Shown: one piece after another, positions 39,563 to 49,215 of the stretch | Layout: each line of letters starts with the position of its first letter | How positions within the stretch are numbered: position 1 is the first letter of the stretch | NCBI GenBank assembly: GCA_963674695.2 | Contig: CAXXGI010000001.1 | Location: 970,813 to 1,034,812, forward strand | Reading direction: 5' to 3' | Length of the DNA stretch: 64,000 nucleotides | Origin: a bacterium | GTDB taxonomy: Bacteria > UBA10199 > 2-02-FULL-44-16 > JAAZCA01 | Program-made: the position numbers and the translations under genes | The notes under the pieces: generated by a model | Database searches by the model: none | What the model was told of the DNA's origin: nothing | The model's input: only the letters and a program-made list of their open reading frames with translations

Positions 39563-39585
39563 GATGTAACTCTGCTTTCGCTCGA

Positions 39586-39673
39586 TGTCATCCCGAGCGA
39601 AGCCCGGAGGGCACAGTCGAGGGATCTCCTGAGATCCTTCGACTCGTCTGTCCCGGACTCGCTCAGGATGACA
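39586..39673. repeat. GTCAT-type REP-like palindrome pair
   Basis: TGTCATCCCGAGCGAAG...GAGGGATCT / AGATCCTTCG...GCTCAGGATGACA. Confidence 0.8.
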
Positions 39674-39710
39674 GCTCAAGCGGGTCGCTATACACTTGAA
39701 AGGAATCGGC

Positions 39711-40976
39711 ATGACCGACCAGCTGCATCCTGCCTGCTCGATTGGCCCCGGCTACACCTTCTGTGCCCCTTCCCCCGCGAAGGGCTTTTTTCTGGCCGTC
39801 CATCCGCAGCGGCCGCAGGCGGACGATGCCCGATTCATCCAGGACCTCTTTCGCCGTCGTTCGCTCACCCCCACGCCGGCATCGACATCGTTTTCCCATC
39901 CGGCCATCCCGCAGGGGGCGCGCCTCTATCGCGTGGACGCCTTTCTCCCGAAGATCGTACGCGAACGCACCGGCACCACCGTGGATCTCGTGGGTCCGAA
40001 CTGCTATGCGACCGCGCTGACCGCCAGCGGCAAAACGGGTTTCGCCGATCGCTATGTGGACAAGGCGGAATTTCGCTATTTCATCGCACGCGACTATGAA
40101 GCGGTTGTCGCGAATGCCCCCGAGCGACTCGGCGATATCGTCGTCTATGACGGTCACGGCGGTGCGGATGCGGGCGAACACGCCGCTGCACTCCTCATCG
40201 GCGGACTCGTCTTTCACAAGGGGGGATTCAGCCGCAGCTTTCCGTATGAAATCGTTCCGATCACGGGAGCGCTCACCGCAATGGACGCCGCCTACGTCCC
40301 GCCGCGCGAGGATCGCTTCTTCCCAAAACCGAAACCCAAGCCGCGCGCGCCGCAGCGCATCGACCGCCATCGCCTTCGCTCCAACCCGACCACACGGATG
40401 ACGACGGCGACCGCGAGGGATCGCACCCTGTTCCTTCCGTTGATGCGCTCCTATGAAAAGCGATTGCAGCGCGTCTGTTCGCTCACCTGGAGTCATTTTT
40501 CAGATGCACGCCTTGATCTCCTCTCGATGGAGAACATCGGGCACCTCCTGCGCGCATTCGAAAAGCGCCTGAAGGAAAAGGATATCGGCGACGACCTGCT
40601 CAAGCTCGATCCGACGATCGCGGAGACCTATCTGCGGCTCAAGAGCTTGAGCTATCAATATGATGCGATGATCGCCGCCTACTGCCCGATCAAGGAGACG
40701 CGCCGCACAGAGGCACTGGAAGCGCTCTACCGCACACACTATGTGCGCTTCGATCGTCATTTCGATCGCGAAATCGCCGCTCATCTCAAGGCCTGCGGCG
40801 TCCACGGCTACCTGCATCGAGCCGTCCGCGATCGCGTCGTCGATCGAATCAAGACCTACGATCCGGTTCGCTTTGCGGCGAGCGACGGCGCCAAGGGCAT
40901 TCCCTTTTATCGGATTCTTTCCGAAGAGATCGAACGGGTCACCGGATCACCGGCGCAGGGGATTGTCGTCGAATAG
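39711..40976 (+). CDS. Hypothetical protein, possible papain-like/amidase Cys-His fold
   Basis: GPNCYATAL, GDIVVY, EHAA motifs; AAAGGA RBS. Confidence 0.6.
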   Translation: MTDQLHPACSIGPGYTFCAPSPAKGFFLAVHPQRPQADDARFIQDLFRRRSLTPTPASTSFSHPAIPQGARLYRVDAFLPKIVRERTGTTVDLVGPNCYATALTASGKTGFADRYVDKAEFRYFIARDYEAVVANAPERLGDIVVYDGHGGADAGEHAAALLIGGLVFHKGGFSRSFPYEIVPITGALTAMDAAYVPPREDRFFPKPKPKPRAPQRIDRHRLRSNPTTRMTTATARDRTLFLPLMRSYEKRLQRVCSLTWSHFSDARLDLLSMENIGHLLRAFEKRLKEKDIGDDLLKLDPTIAETYLRLKSLSYQYDAMIAAYCPIKETRRTEALEALYRTHYVRFDRHFDREIAAHLKACGVHGYLHRAVRDRVVDRIKTYDPVRFAASDGAKGIPFYRILSEEIERVTGSPAQGIVVE

Positions 40977-41002
40977 GCGGACGTTCACGCGGGGATAATG
41001 CT

Positions 41003-41590
41003 TTATTGGGATTCATTCCGATGTCGGGCGACAATGATCAGGACCTTCACCCCCTCGATCGCAGCATCGACCGCTTGCCCCACCATCTCGATCGCGTCCG
41101 GCATCCGGTCGAAGAGTGCCCCCAACGTATAGCCCTTCTCATGCGATCCACGGGTACAGTGGGCAATATCGCACGCGATATTGGACGCCATCGTCTCTGC
41201 ATCATACTGTTCTGTCAGCGAAATACAGGGAAGCGCTTTGTCCCCATCGAAACAGATGTCGGTGCTCTCATCCTGGACGAGTTGATTGGCCAGTTCGACC
41301 GACTTTTCTGCGATCTTCTCCACAACCGCACTCCGGCTTTGCATCTGTATCCAGCTCTCATGGCACTCGCTGAACCGCTGCGCCGGATTCTTCTCCGAAT
41401 CGGAAAAAATCGAACCGATGGACTCGAGGCTCCACGTCCATTCAAATTTCTCCGGCACCTGGGCCCCGAGCGCATCACATTCCTTTCCCTTCGCCTCGAC
41501 CTCGGCGGGTGTCGGGAGATGGTGTCTCCGGGCGAGGGAATGGGCGATGCCCTGCGTGGCTTCGCGTATCGTCATCAGCTTGTCGACCAT
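41003..41590 (-). CDS. Hypothetical protein
   Basis: 195-aa ORF with AGGAGG RBS and the recurrent promoter motif upstream. Confidence 0.65.
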   Translation of the reverse strand: MVDKLMTIREATQGIAHSLARRHHLPTPAEVEAKGKECDALGAQVPEKFEWTWSLESIGSIFSDSEKNPAQRFSECHESWIQMQSRSAVVEKIAEKSVELANQLVQDESTDICFDGDKALPCISLTEQYDAETMASNIACDIAHCTRGSHEKGYTLGALFDRMPDAIEMVGQAVDAAIEGVKVLIIVARHRNESQ

Positions 41591-41635
41591 GGCCTTCCTC
41601 CTTTGAGATCGTTCGATACCCTGTCCTCCCTTCCC

Positions 41636-41661
41636 TATCGGTTGCGGGCGGAAAAAGTTGC
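41636..41661 (-). promoter_or_regulatory. GCAAC-N16-CGATA putative promoter
   Basis: Recurrent motif with exact 16-nt spacer. Confidence 0.55.
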
Positions 41662-41706
41662 GTCCTAAATAAATGGCCGGATAAAACTGACATCAAGGGC
41701 AAACGG

Positions 41707-44436
41707 CTATTGCAGCGGGGCACAGATGGGGCGAGCATGGGCGCCTTTCCAAACGCCATCGGTAACATCGGTCTCCGGATGTGTGCCGGCCAGACCGATG
41801 GCAATCTCCCCAGGGTCACACATAAAGCCCTCATCGCCGGAATCCTTCATGAGCTTTGGCGTCCACGCATCGTAGGAGAGCGTAACCATCCGGAATTTCT
41901 CATTCGGAACGATCGGGGAGCAGCGAAGTCGCAGATCCTCCTTGCTCTCGACAAGCCCGGTCACCGCATATCCACCCGGGCATCTATCGACTGACGCGAA
42001 GTATTTGATGCGAGTGTGAGCAGGCACCCCCTCGAGCGGCATCGACGGATCGGCATCGATCTCCATCTCATCCTTCATCCAATCGCCGCCATAGAGCTTC
42101 TGCCCGACAAACTGTCGCTCGCCGGAATCATCGACGCCATAGTCGCCGTCGGTGTCGATCACCTCCGTCGCATCCCGATAGATCGGTTCCAGGCGGGAGA
42201 CATACGGAGGAATCCAAAAATCGTCATCGCCGTCCACCCCCTTCCGTTTGACCTGCTCGATAATCTTGCGCATACCGACGAGAACCTGCCTGGGCTCACC
42301 TATGACCTCCGTGTCGCCACTCATTTGTCCCGGGATGGAGATGTCATCCGTTCCGACAGAGATCGAGCCCACGAGCGGCTTCGCAAAGCTCTCTGCATTC
42401 ACCGCGCGACGGCAGCTCAAACCGATGGACTGGATTCGATTCGATTTCCCGAAGAGTCGGATCCCGACCGCGAAGTCCTGTCGTTTGCCCTCCCGGCCCA
42501 AGTCCGTCTCGCATTGACGATGAAAGGCATGCCGTGTCCAATAGGCGCAGAACTCGTCGCGGCACGTCGCATCGAGATTTACATATTTTTTCTTGGCCGG
42601 AGATTCCCCCTCGCGATCGCCCAGACCATTCTTACCAAGATTCCAGGTGTCATCGTCGGCATCGCCCATGGCGGCGGTAAAATAATGGGCGTCGACAACC
42701 CGGTCGCCATGCCCGTTTCGCATCAGCACCGGACCGCTCCCCCCCACCTTGACACAGCGCAGAGCAAGCGCACCGAGCGTCTTTTTCGCCTTCGTGAAGA
42801 GGATCTGACCGACGGCATACCCCGCACGACAGAGCAGCTGTTTCCCCTTGTCGCTGGAATCGATACCGTCGCGAACAACGGAGTACCATTTCTCATCGTC
42901 CACTTCGTCAACCGTTTCCGTTCCGACGGTGATCGGATCGATCGTCTTCCTCACGATACCAACGCCGGGCTTGAATCGCTTGCACTGAATCTTCGTGATC
43001 CGCGTGACATTATCGCCCGCGTCCACCTTGAGACCCGTGAGGATCTCGTCATCATTTGGACACCTTCCCTTGAACGATCCCGCCTCACTGAGCGCATCCT
43101 TGAGACGAACCCGACTCCAATCCGTCGTATACTTCTCGCCCAGGTGCGGACCTTCCTGAAATACCGCATCGCTCGCGGCGAGACAGGCGTCGGAGCGTTC
43201 GGCGGTGCGCTGGGCCAGATCCCGTGTCGCCTCATACAGCTCCTGACTCTCTCGGACGAACTGTTCCCGCTCCTTGCGCACGCTCCGACAGATGTCGATC
43301 GCGCCATCCGTTCCATCGCCGTTGTAGAATTCCTGCATGGCAGTAAAGGTCGACTCGATCCGCTCCGAACCCGCGCGGCAATATTGTGCATATTCGGAAT
43401 CGCGCGAGGTGCAGGCATCGGCATCGCCCTTGAGGATCGTCTTGGCATCCTCGAGCGCCTGGCGCTCCACCTCGAGCGCGGCGACCCAGGCCGGGCCGCG
43501 GCCGTTGCAGCTGTCGTTCGCGATCGTCTCGGGTGTGGATGCCACCGGATCCAACGCGGTAACGGCTGAACCCGCAAACCCGGCGAGCTCCCCCGGCAAC
43601 AGGGGCTCATCGCGTGGAATGCGCGCCAAAACCGCACTGGAATCGCGAGCGAACGAGCTATCCTTCTCAACGGAATAGGAAGCCGCCCTTGTCTGCGCCG
43701 CCATCCGCCGCGACACGCCGAGAAGAACGACAAGCTGCGTCTGACTATAGTGCTCGGTTGCATCCATGCAGGCGCGCACCTCATCGAGTTCCTTGAGCAG
43801 TTCAAACTGGGGCTGTGCCTTGAGATCGTTTATCTGGCCGATCACGCCTTGATGCAGGGGATAGACCTCGATCGCTCGCGTCATGGCCTTGCGCAACAAT
43901 GCCGACTCCTCCTCGACGAGCGCCTTGACGGAGAGCTGGCGCAGGGGATCATCCTCGCCCGCCTCCCCCTCGAGGCAATTCTTAAATCGCTCACGCAGCT
44001 CAAGCGCCCTGTCACCGTCGGGGAGATTTTCACATGCACGTGGGCCGCAGGCGGTCGCGCGCTCATCGATGAGGGAGGCGCGACCATCGGTGCCATGAAT
44101 CTGCACGCGCAGGCGCTCGATCTTGGCCTGGAGGCGCTCGCCATCGCGCACGTAGCGCTCACAGCGCTCAGGCGTAATCACCGGATCATCCGGGTCGTCA
44201 GGGTCATCGGGATCATTTGGATCGTCGGGATCATTTGGATCGTCGGGATCATCCGGGCCGTCAGGACCGACCAGGATCGGACCGCTCACGTCGCCCTCGA
44301 TGATCGGCGCAGCGATCTCATCAACGCCCTCACCGCCGATTCCACTCTGAGCACCGGAACAGGCGGTGAAGATCGCCGCGATGAAGAGGCTCATCATAAT
44401 GATGGAGACAACAGGGGTGCGGCAAACCTGGGACAT
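41707..44436 (-). CDS. Large Cys-rich lipoprotein with DDP repeats, helical middle and beta-prism/lectin-like C-terminal repeats
   Basis: Lipobox FTAC; (DDP/NDP)n; CPNDDEILTGL, CRAGYAVGQI, CPGGYAVTGL, CDPGEIAIGL. Confidence 0.75.
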   Translation of the reverse strand: MSQVCRTPVVSIIMMSLFIAAIFTACSGAQSGIGGEGVDEIAAPIIEGDVSGPILVGPDGPDDPDDPNDPDDPNDPDDPDDPDDPVITPERCERYVRDGERLQAKIERLRVQIHGTDGRASLIDERATACGPRACENLPDGDRALELRERFKNCLEGEAGEDDPLRQLSVKALVEEESALLRKAMTRAIEVYPLHQGVIGQINDLKAQPQFELLKELDEVRACMDATEHYSQTQLVVLLGVSRRMAAQTRAASYSVEKDSSFARDSSAVLARIPRDEPLLPGELAGFAGSAVTALDPVASTPETIANDSCNGRGPAWVAALEVERQALEDAKTILKGDADACTSRDSEYAQYCRAGSERIESTFTAMQEFYNGDGTDGAIDICRSVRKEREQFVRESQELYEATRDLAQRTAERSDACLAASDAVFQEGPHLGEKYTTDWSRVRLKDALSEAGSFKGRCPNDDEILTGLKVDAGDNVTRITKIQCKRFKPGVGIVRKTIDPITVGTETVDEVDDEKWYSVVRDGIDSSDKGKQLLCRAGYAVGQILFTKAKKTLGALALRCVKVGGSGPVLMRNGHGDRVVDAHYFTAAMGDADDDTWNLGKNGLGDREGESPAKKKYVNLDATCRDEFCAYWTRHAFHRQCETDLGREGKRQDFAVGIRLFGKSNRIQSIGLSCRRAVNAESFAKPLVGSISVGTDDISIPGQMSGDTEVIGEPRQVLVGMRKIIEQVKRKGVDGDDDFWIPPYVSRLEPIYRDATEVIDTDGDYGVDDSGERQFVGQKLYGGDWMKDEMEIDADPSMPLEGVPAHTRIKYFASVDRCPGGYAVTGLVESKEDLRLRCSPIVPNEKFRMVTLSYDAWTPKLMKDSGDEGFMCDPGEIAIGLAGTHPETDVTDGVWKGAHARPICAPLQ

Positions 44437-44842
44437 GGTCTCTCCTCCACCCTCCTTATCGGTTGAAGGACAGTCTCAAGGTGCGTGCGATTCGAGCCCA
44501 AACCACGACAAAACTACATTGGCATGCGTTCTCTATCCCTTGGCGGGGCAACTTTTTTCAAATGACGGTCATTTTTTTGGAGAAAATGGGGAGAAAAACG
44601 CCATATATCGGCTCTTCCCCTGGAAGCACCCCGGTCTTTGTGCCGCGAGGGAAAATACAGAGCTATTTTTACAGGTTCACCTGCCCGCCTCCGGAGGGTC
44701 GGGAAAATGGCTCCGCTTTTCCCGGGAGACACCCCAGCCTCTGTGCTTCCGAAAAGACCGATGACGCACCCCTACGCGCTGCGTCATAACCTCCCGTATC
44801 CTCTATTGATTTCCATTTTTGGGATTGATAGAACCCCCGGAT

Positions 44843-45742
44843 ATGAAATCACGAATCCTGCTGGCCATTCTTATTCTGCCCTTTATCGCCGCCTGCTCGA
44901 TGCAATCGATGGCGACCCGGACCATCGGCAAGATCGCCACCCGCGGCATGATCGCCGTCGAGGACGAACGCGACATCCCCTTTGCCGAGGCGGCATCCCC
45001 TGCCCTCATTAAAACCCTCGAGGTCCTGCACTATGGCGATCCGAAGGATGCGCGCATGCTGGCGCTGTTGTCACGCGCCTACGGCACCTACACCTTCGGA
45101 TTTCTCGAACAGGAGCTCATCGACGCCAAGGCCACCGGGAGAAATACGGATGCGATCACAAGCCGCATGAGCCACTTCTACCGGATGGGCCGCGAATACG
45201 GCATCGCCGCGCTCGCGCAAAAGAAATCGATGGCGCGCGGCTTCAAGGAGCCGCTACCGCAATTCAAGAAGGCCGTGGCAGGGCTCTCGAAAAAACACGT
45301 CCCGGCGCTCTTCTGGACGGCGTTTTCTTGGGCCAACTGGCTGAACATGAACCTCGACGACGTCGGCGCCATCATCGACCTCGCCCGCATCCAGGCGATG
45401 ATCGACCGCGTGATCGAGCTCGATCCGACCTACTATCACGCGCAGGCGCACACCTTCCGGGGAGTGATGGCCGCCTCCCGCCCGAAGATGCTCGGCGGCG
45501 ATCCGGAACTGGCCCGAATCGAGTTCGAAACGGCAATCGCGGCCGCGCCCAATTATCTGATGACGAAAGTCCTCTTCGCCCAGTACTATTGTCGACAGGT
45601 GCAGAACTTGGCCCTCTTCACACGCACGCTCGAAGAGGTGATCGCCGCCGATGCCAATAAGCTCCGGGGAGAGAACCTCTCCAACGCCCTGGCGCAGAAA
45701 CGCGCAAAGGTGTTGCTGGGGATGAAGAAGAAGTTGTTTTAG
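44843..45742 (+). CDS. TRAP transporter T component (TatT) lipoprotein
   Basis: Lipobox IAAC; VPALFWTA, RVIELDPTY, RPKMLGG, YAQYY-like FAQYY; upstream of dctPQM. Confidence 0.85.
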   Translation: MKSRILLAILILPFIAACSMQSMATRTIGKIATRGMIAVEDERDIPFAEAASPALIKTLEVLHYGDPKDARMLALLSRAYGTYTFGFLEQELIDAKATGRNTDAITSRMSHFYRMGREYGIAALAQKKSMARGFKEPLPQFKKAVAGLSKKHVPALFWTAFSWANWLNMNLDDVGAIIDLARIQAMIDRVIELDPTYYHAQAHTFRGVMAASRPKMLGGDPELARIEFETAIAAAPNYLMTKVLFAQYYCRQVQNLALFTRTLEEVIAADANKLRGENLSNALAQKRAKVLLGMKKKLF

Positions 45743-45746
45743 GCGT

Positions 45747-45789
45747 TGTCATTCCCGCGAAGGCGGGAATGACAAAATGCGGGAATGAC
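45747..45789. repeat. GTCAT-type REP-like palindrome
   Basis: TGTCATTCCCGCGAAGGCGGGAATGACA plus a partial copy. Confidence 0.75.
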
Positions 45790-45808
45790 CGTCATAAAGG
45801 AGCATTCG

Positions 45809-46819
45809 ATGAAACGTATTATTGCCGGACTGTTCTCCCTGCTCGCCTGCTTTCTCATCGCCACGCCGGTGCATGCCCTCTCCGAGATCAAGATCGCGAT
45901 CCTCGCCCCGGAGGGAAGTGCGTGGCACAAGGTGATGACCGCGTGGAGCGCTGAATTGGAAAAACGCACCAGCGGACGCCTCACGCTCAAGATCTATGCG
46001 GGTGGCGTTCTGGGTGATGAAAAGGATGTCATTCGCAAGATGCGCATCGGCCAGGTACACGCCGCCGGCTTCACCGGACTCGGGCTCGGCATCATCAACC
46101 CGGAAGTGCGCGTGCTCGAACTCCCCATGCTCGTGGAGAACTATGCCGAAGCGGATGCGGTCACCAAAAAACTGCAGCCCAAGATCGAAGCGGGGTTCGG
46201 CAAGAAGGGATTCGAACTCTTGGGCTGGGCCGAGACGGGGTTTATCAACATTTTCTCCACCACGCCGATCGCCTCGCGCAAGGACATGGACGGAAAAAAG
46301 ATGTGGGCCTGGGAGGGCGACCCGCTGGTGCAGACGATGTACGAGGCCTTCAAGATCTCGCCCGTACCGTTGCCGATCACCGAGGTGCGCACGTCTCTCC
46401 AGACGCGCTTGATCGATGCCATCTACACGCCGCCGCTGGGCGCGATCGCCCTACAGTGGTATTCGCAAACGCCCTACATGACCGATCTGAAACTCGCCGA
46501 CGCCACCGGCGGCATCCTGATCTCGAAGCGCGCGCTCGCTGGAATCGCCGCAGGCGACCGGGCGATCCTCAAGGAGACCGCGCGCACCTATGCGAAACAA
46601 CTCGTCGCCCGCACACGCGAGGACAACGAAAAATCGTATGCGACGCTCAAACAAGCGGGGGTCACGACGGTGAAGGTGCCACCCGAAGAGGTCGAGCGCA
46701 TCCGCACGACCAGCCGCACCGTCTGGACGAAACTCGTCGGCACGCTCTATCCGAAAGCACTCTTGGATGAAGCCATCGCCGCGGTCGAAGAATATCGCCA
46801 AACACACAAATCCAAATGA
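45809..46819 (+). CDS. dctP: TRAP transporter substrate-binding protein
   Basis: KIAILAPEGSAW, YAGGVLGDE, KMRIGQ, LGWAETGF, SLQTRLID. Confidence 0.92.
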   Translation: MKRIIAGLFSLLACFLIATPVHALSEIKIAILAPEGSAWHKVMTAWSAELEKRTSGRLTLKIYAGGVLGDEKDVIRKMRIGQVHAAGFTGLGLGIINPEVRVLELPMLVENYAEADAVTKKLQPKIEAGFGKKGFELLGWAETGFINIFSTTPIASRKDMDGKKMWAWEGDPLVQTMYEAFKISPVPLPITEVRTSLQTRLIDAIYTPPLGAIALQWYSQTPYMTDLKLADATGGILISKRALAGIAAGDRAILKETARTYAKQLVARTREDNEKSYATLKQAGVTTVKVPPEEVERIRTTSRTVWTKLVGTLYPKALLDEAIAAVEEYRQTHKSK

Positions 46820-46940
46820 CGAAATCCAAAATCCAAAACAATACCTAATGTCTCAACTCAGAAATCAACGGATCTATTCGTCATTGAATATTGGACATTG
46901 GGGTTTGTTTTGAAATTTGGATTTCGACATTGGGATTTAT
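46808..46940. repeat. AT-rich inverted low-complexity repeat (AAATCC / GGATTT units)
   Basis: Read directly between dctP and dctQ. Confidence 0.75.
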
Positions 46941-46965
46941 CGATTCGACGATCACGGGAGTTCCT

Positions 46966-47517
46966 TTGAAAGAAGACGCACACCACAGTCACCCCATCGT
47001 CACCATCGCCACCTTCTTCGATCGGACGTTCGCCTGGATCGTGGCGACCCTCCTGATCGTCATGTTGCTGTCCATGACGGGACTCGTGGCCGGGCAAGTC
47101 GTGCTGCGCAATATCTTCAACAGCGGAATCGCCTGGGCGGATATCGCCAGTCGTCATATGGTGCTCTGGATCGCCTTCCTCGGCGCCATGCTCGCCACGC
47201 GTAATCGCCAACACATCGCGATCGATGCGCTCACCCGCCTCATCCCGAGGCGCGCGCGCAACAGCGTGCGCATCTTTTTGGATCTCGTCGCCTGTGGCGT
47301 CTGCCTCCTCTTGGCCCGTGCCGCACTCGACTTCGTGCTCATGGAGCGCGCGGCCCAAACTGAACTCTTCATCGGCATCCCCGCATGGATCGCACAGGCG
47401 ATCATCCCGTTCGGATTCGCCATGATGGCACTGGAATATGCTATTGGCGTCGGACTCGACATCTATCGCATCGTCACCAACGTCCCCGGGCACATCGCCG
47501 GAAGGGGGCGCTTGTGA
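46966..47517 (+). CDS. dctQ: TRAP transporter small permease
   Basis: QVVLRN, WAD, LWIAFLGA, HIAIDAL; probable TTG start, uncertain. Confidence 0.88.
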   Translation: MKEDAHHSHPIVTIATFFDRTFAWIVATLLIVMLLSMTGLVAGQVVLRNIFNSGIAWADIASRHMVLWIAFLGAMLATRNRQHIAIDALTRLIPRRARNSVRIFLDLVACGVCLLLARAALDFVLMERAAQTELFIGIPAWIAQAIIPFGFAMMALEYAIGVGLDIYRIVTNVPGHIAGRGRL

Positions 47518-48788
47518 CCGCCCTTTACGTGATCGCGCTCCTGCTCTGTGCCATCTGCGGCGCACCGCTCTTTGTCATCATCGGCGGCATCGCGCTGGCA
47601 CTGTTCTATGCCGTCGGCATCGATGCGCAGGCAGTTATCATCGAGATGTATCGGCTGGCCAGCGCGCCGATGCTGGTCGCCATTCCGCTCTTCACCTTCG
47701 CCGGTTTTCTTTTGGCCGAATCGAGCTCGCCCAAGCGACTCGTCAACCTCTACCGCGCGATCTTTGGCTGGATGCCGGGCGGACTCGCGATCGTCTCCTT
47801 CATCGCCTGCGCCTTCTTCACCGCCTTCACCGGCGCCTCGGGCGTGACGATCATCGCCCTCGGTGGCCTGCTCTATCCGATCCTCACCTCGGAACAGTAT
47901 TCGGAGAAGTTTTCCCTGGGGCTTTTGACCACGAGCGGAAGCCTGGGGCTGCTCTTTCCGCCGAGCCTGCCGCTCATCCTCTTCGCGATCGTCGCCCAGG
48001 TAAACGTCGATGCGCTCTTTCTGGCGGGGATCGTGCCCGGCACGCTGCTGATCGTGCTGCTCTCGATCTACAGCATCTACACCGGGCGCAAACTGGGGAT
48101 CCCGCGCACGCCCTTTCACCTCCGCACCATTCTCAAGGCCCTGCGGGAAGCAATCTGGATCATCCCGCTCCCGTTCATCGTGCTCGTCGGCATCTACGGC
48201 GGTTTCTTCACCGCCTCCGAGGCCGCGGCGATCACGGTGATCTACGTCCTCATCGTCGAAGTCTTCATCTATCGCGACATCTCGATCACACGCGATATCC
48301 CACGCATCGTGCGCGACTCGATGATCCTGGTCGGCGGCGTGCTCATGATCCTGGGCTGCGCGTTGGGGCTTACGAACTACATGGTCGACGAACAGATACC
48401 GATGAAGGCGATCGAGTTGATGCGTACCTGCATCAGCAGTCGCATCATGTTTTTGGCGCTGCTCAACGTCTTCCTCCTCATCGTCGGCTGTCTGATGGAC
48501 ATCTTCTCCGCCACGATCGTCGTGGTGCCGCTCATCCTCCCGATCGCAAAGGAGTTCGGCGTCGATCCGATTCACCTCGGCATCATCTTTCTCACCAACC
48601 TCGAGATCGGATACTCCACGCCGCCGGTCGGCATGAACCTCTTCATCTCGAGCTTCCGTTTCAAAAAACCGATTCCACAGCTCTACCGCGCATCGCTCCC
48701 CTTCCTGGGCGTACTCTTCATCGCGCTCATCATCATCACCTATGTACCGGATCTGTCGCTCTGGTTGGTACAGCTGTTTGGGAGGTAA
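47514..48788 (+). CDS. dctM: TRAP transporter large permease
   Basis: AIPLFTFAG, SGSLGLLFPPS, LFLAGIVPG, TASEAA, GVDPIHLG, TPPVGMNLF. Confidence 0.95.
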   Translation: MTALYVIALLLCAICGAPLFVIIGGIALALFYAVGIDAQAVIIEMYRLASAPMLVAIPLFTFAGFLLAESSSPKRLVNLYRAIFGWMPGGLAIVSFIACAFFTAFTGASGVTIIALGGLLYPILTSEQYSEKFSLGLLTTSGSLGLLFPPSLPLILFAIVAQVNVDALFLAGIVPGTLLIVLLSIYSIYTGRKLGIPRTPFHLRTILKALREAIWIIPLPFIVLVGIYGGFFTASEAAAITVIYVLIVEVFIYRDISITRDIPRIVRDSMILVGGVLMILGCALGLTNYMVDEQIPMKAIELMRTCISSRIMFLALLNVFLLIVGCLMDIFSATIVVVPLILPIAKEFGVDPIHLGIIFLTNLEIGYSTPPVGMNLFISSFRFKKPIPQLYRASLPFLGVLFIALIIITYVPDLSLWLVQLFGR

Positions 48789-48794
48789 ACCTGT

Positions 48795-48865
48795 TGTCAT
48801 TGCCCGACGTGATCGGGCAATCTCGATCGGTCTCACGGGATCCTCCGGTCAAGCCGGAGGATGAC
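48795..48865. repeat. GTCAT-type REP-like palindrome pair
   Basis: TGTCATTGCCCGA...TCGGGCAAT / ATCCTCCGGTCAAGCCGGAGGATGACA. Confidence 0.75.
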
Positions 48866-48907
48866 AAAACGTTATGATCGGATTTATCGGCAGGGCGTCA
48901 ATACACA

Positions 48908-49054
48908 TCACAGCAGAAAAAAATCGGCGAAGCAGTGGCGTTTGGATTCGAAGCACTTGTAGATCAGACGGATGTACTTATAGAGACCGAACTGACGGAT
49001 GAGTGTGACCGGATGGGAGAGAACGTGCTTAGTGGTGATGACGCCGCGTAACAT
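48908..49054 (-). CDS. Small hypothetical protein (48 aa)
   Basis: GGAGG RBS and a sigma-54-like promoter directly upstream. Confidence 0.6.
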   Translation of the reverse strand: MLRGVITTKHVLSHPVTLIRQFGLYKYIRLIYKCFESKRHCFADFFLL

Positions 49055-49080
49055 GATGATGACCTCCACCCTCTTTTGAT

Positions 49081-49096
49081 TGCATAAACGATGCCA
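49081..49096 (-). promoter_or_regulatory. Sigma-54 (-24/-12) promoter
   Basis: TGGCATCGTTTATGCA upstream of the small ORF. Confidence 0.6.
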
Positions 49097-49215
49097 GATG
49101 GAGACGGCCACGCCGCCCAAAAACCTCTCATCATTTCAGCTCGTTATAGAATCGAGCCGAACCCCTCCCTCTCGAATTGAGGGCTTATCTCCCCTGCGGT
49201 GGGGATTCTGACGCC

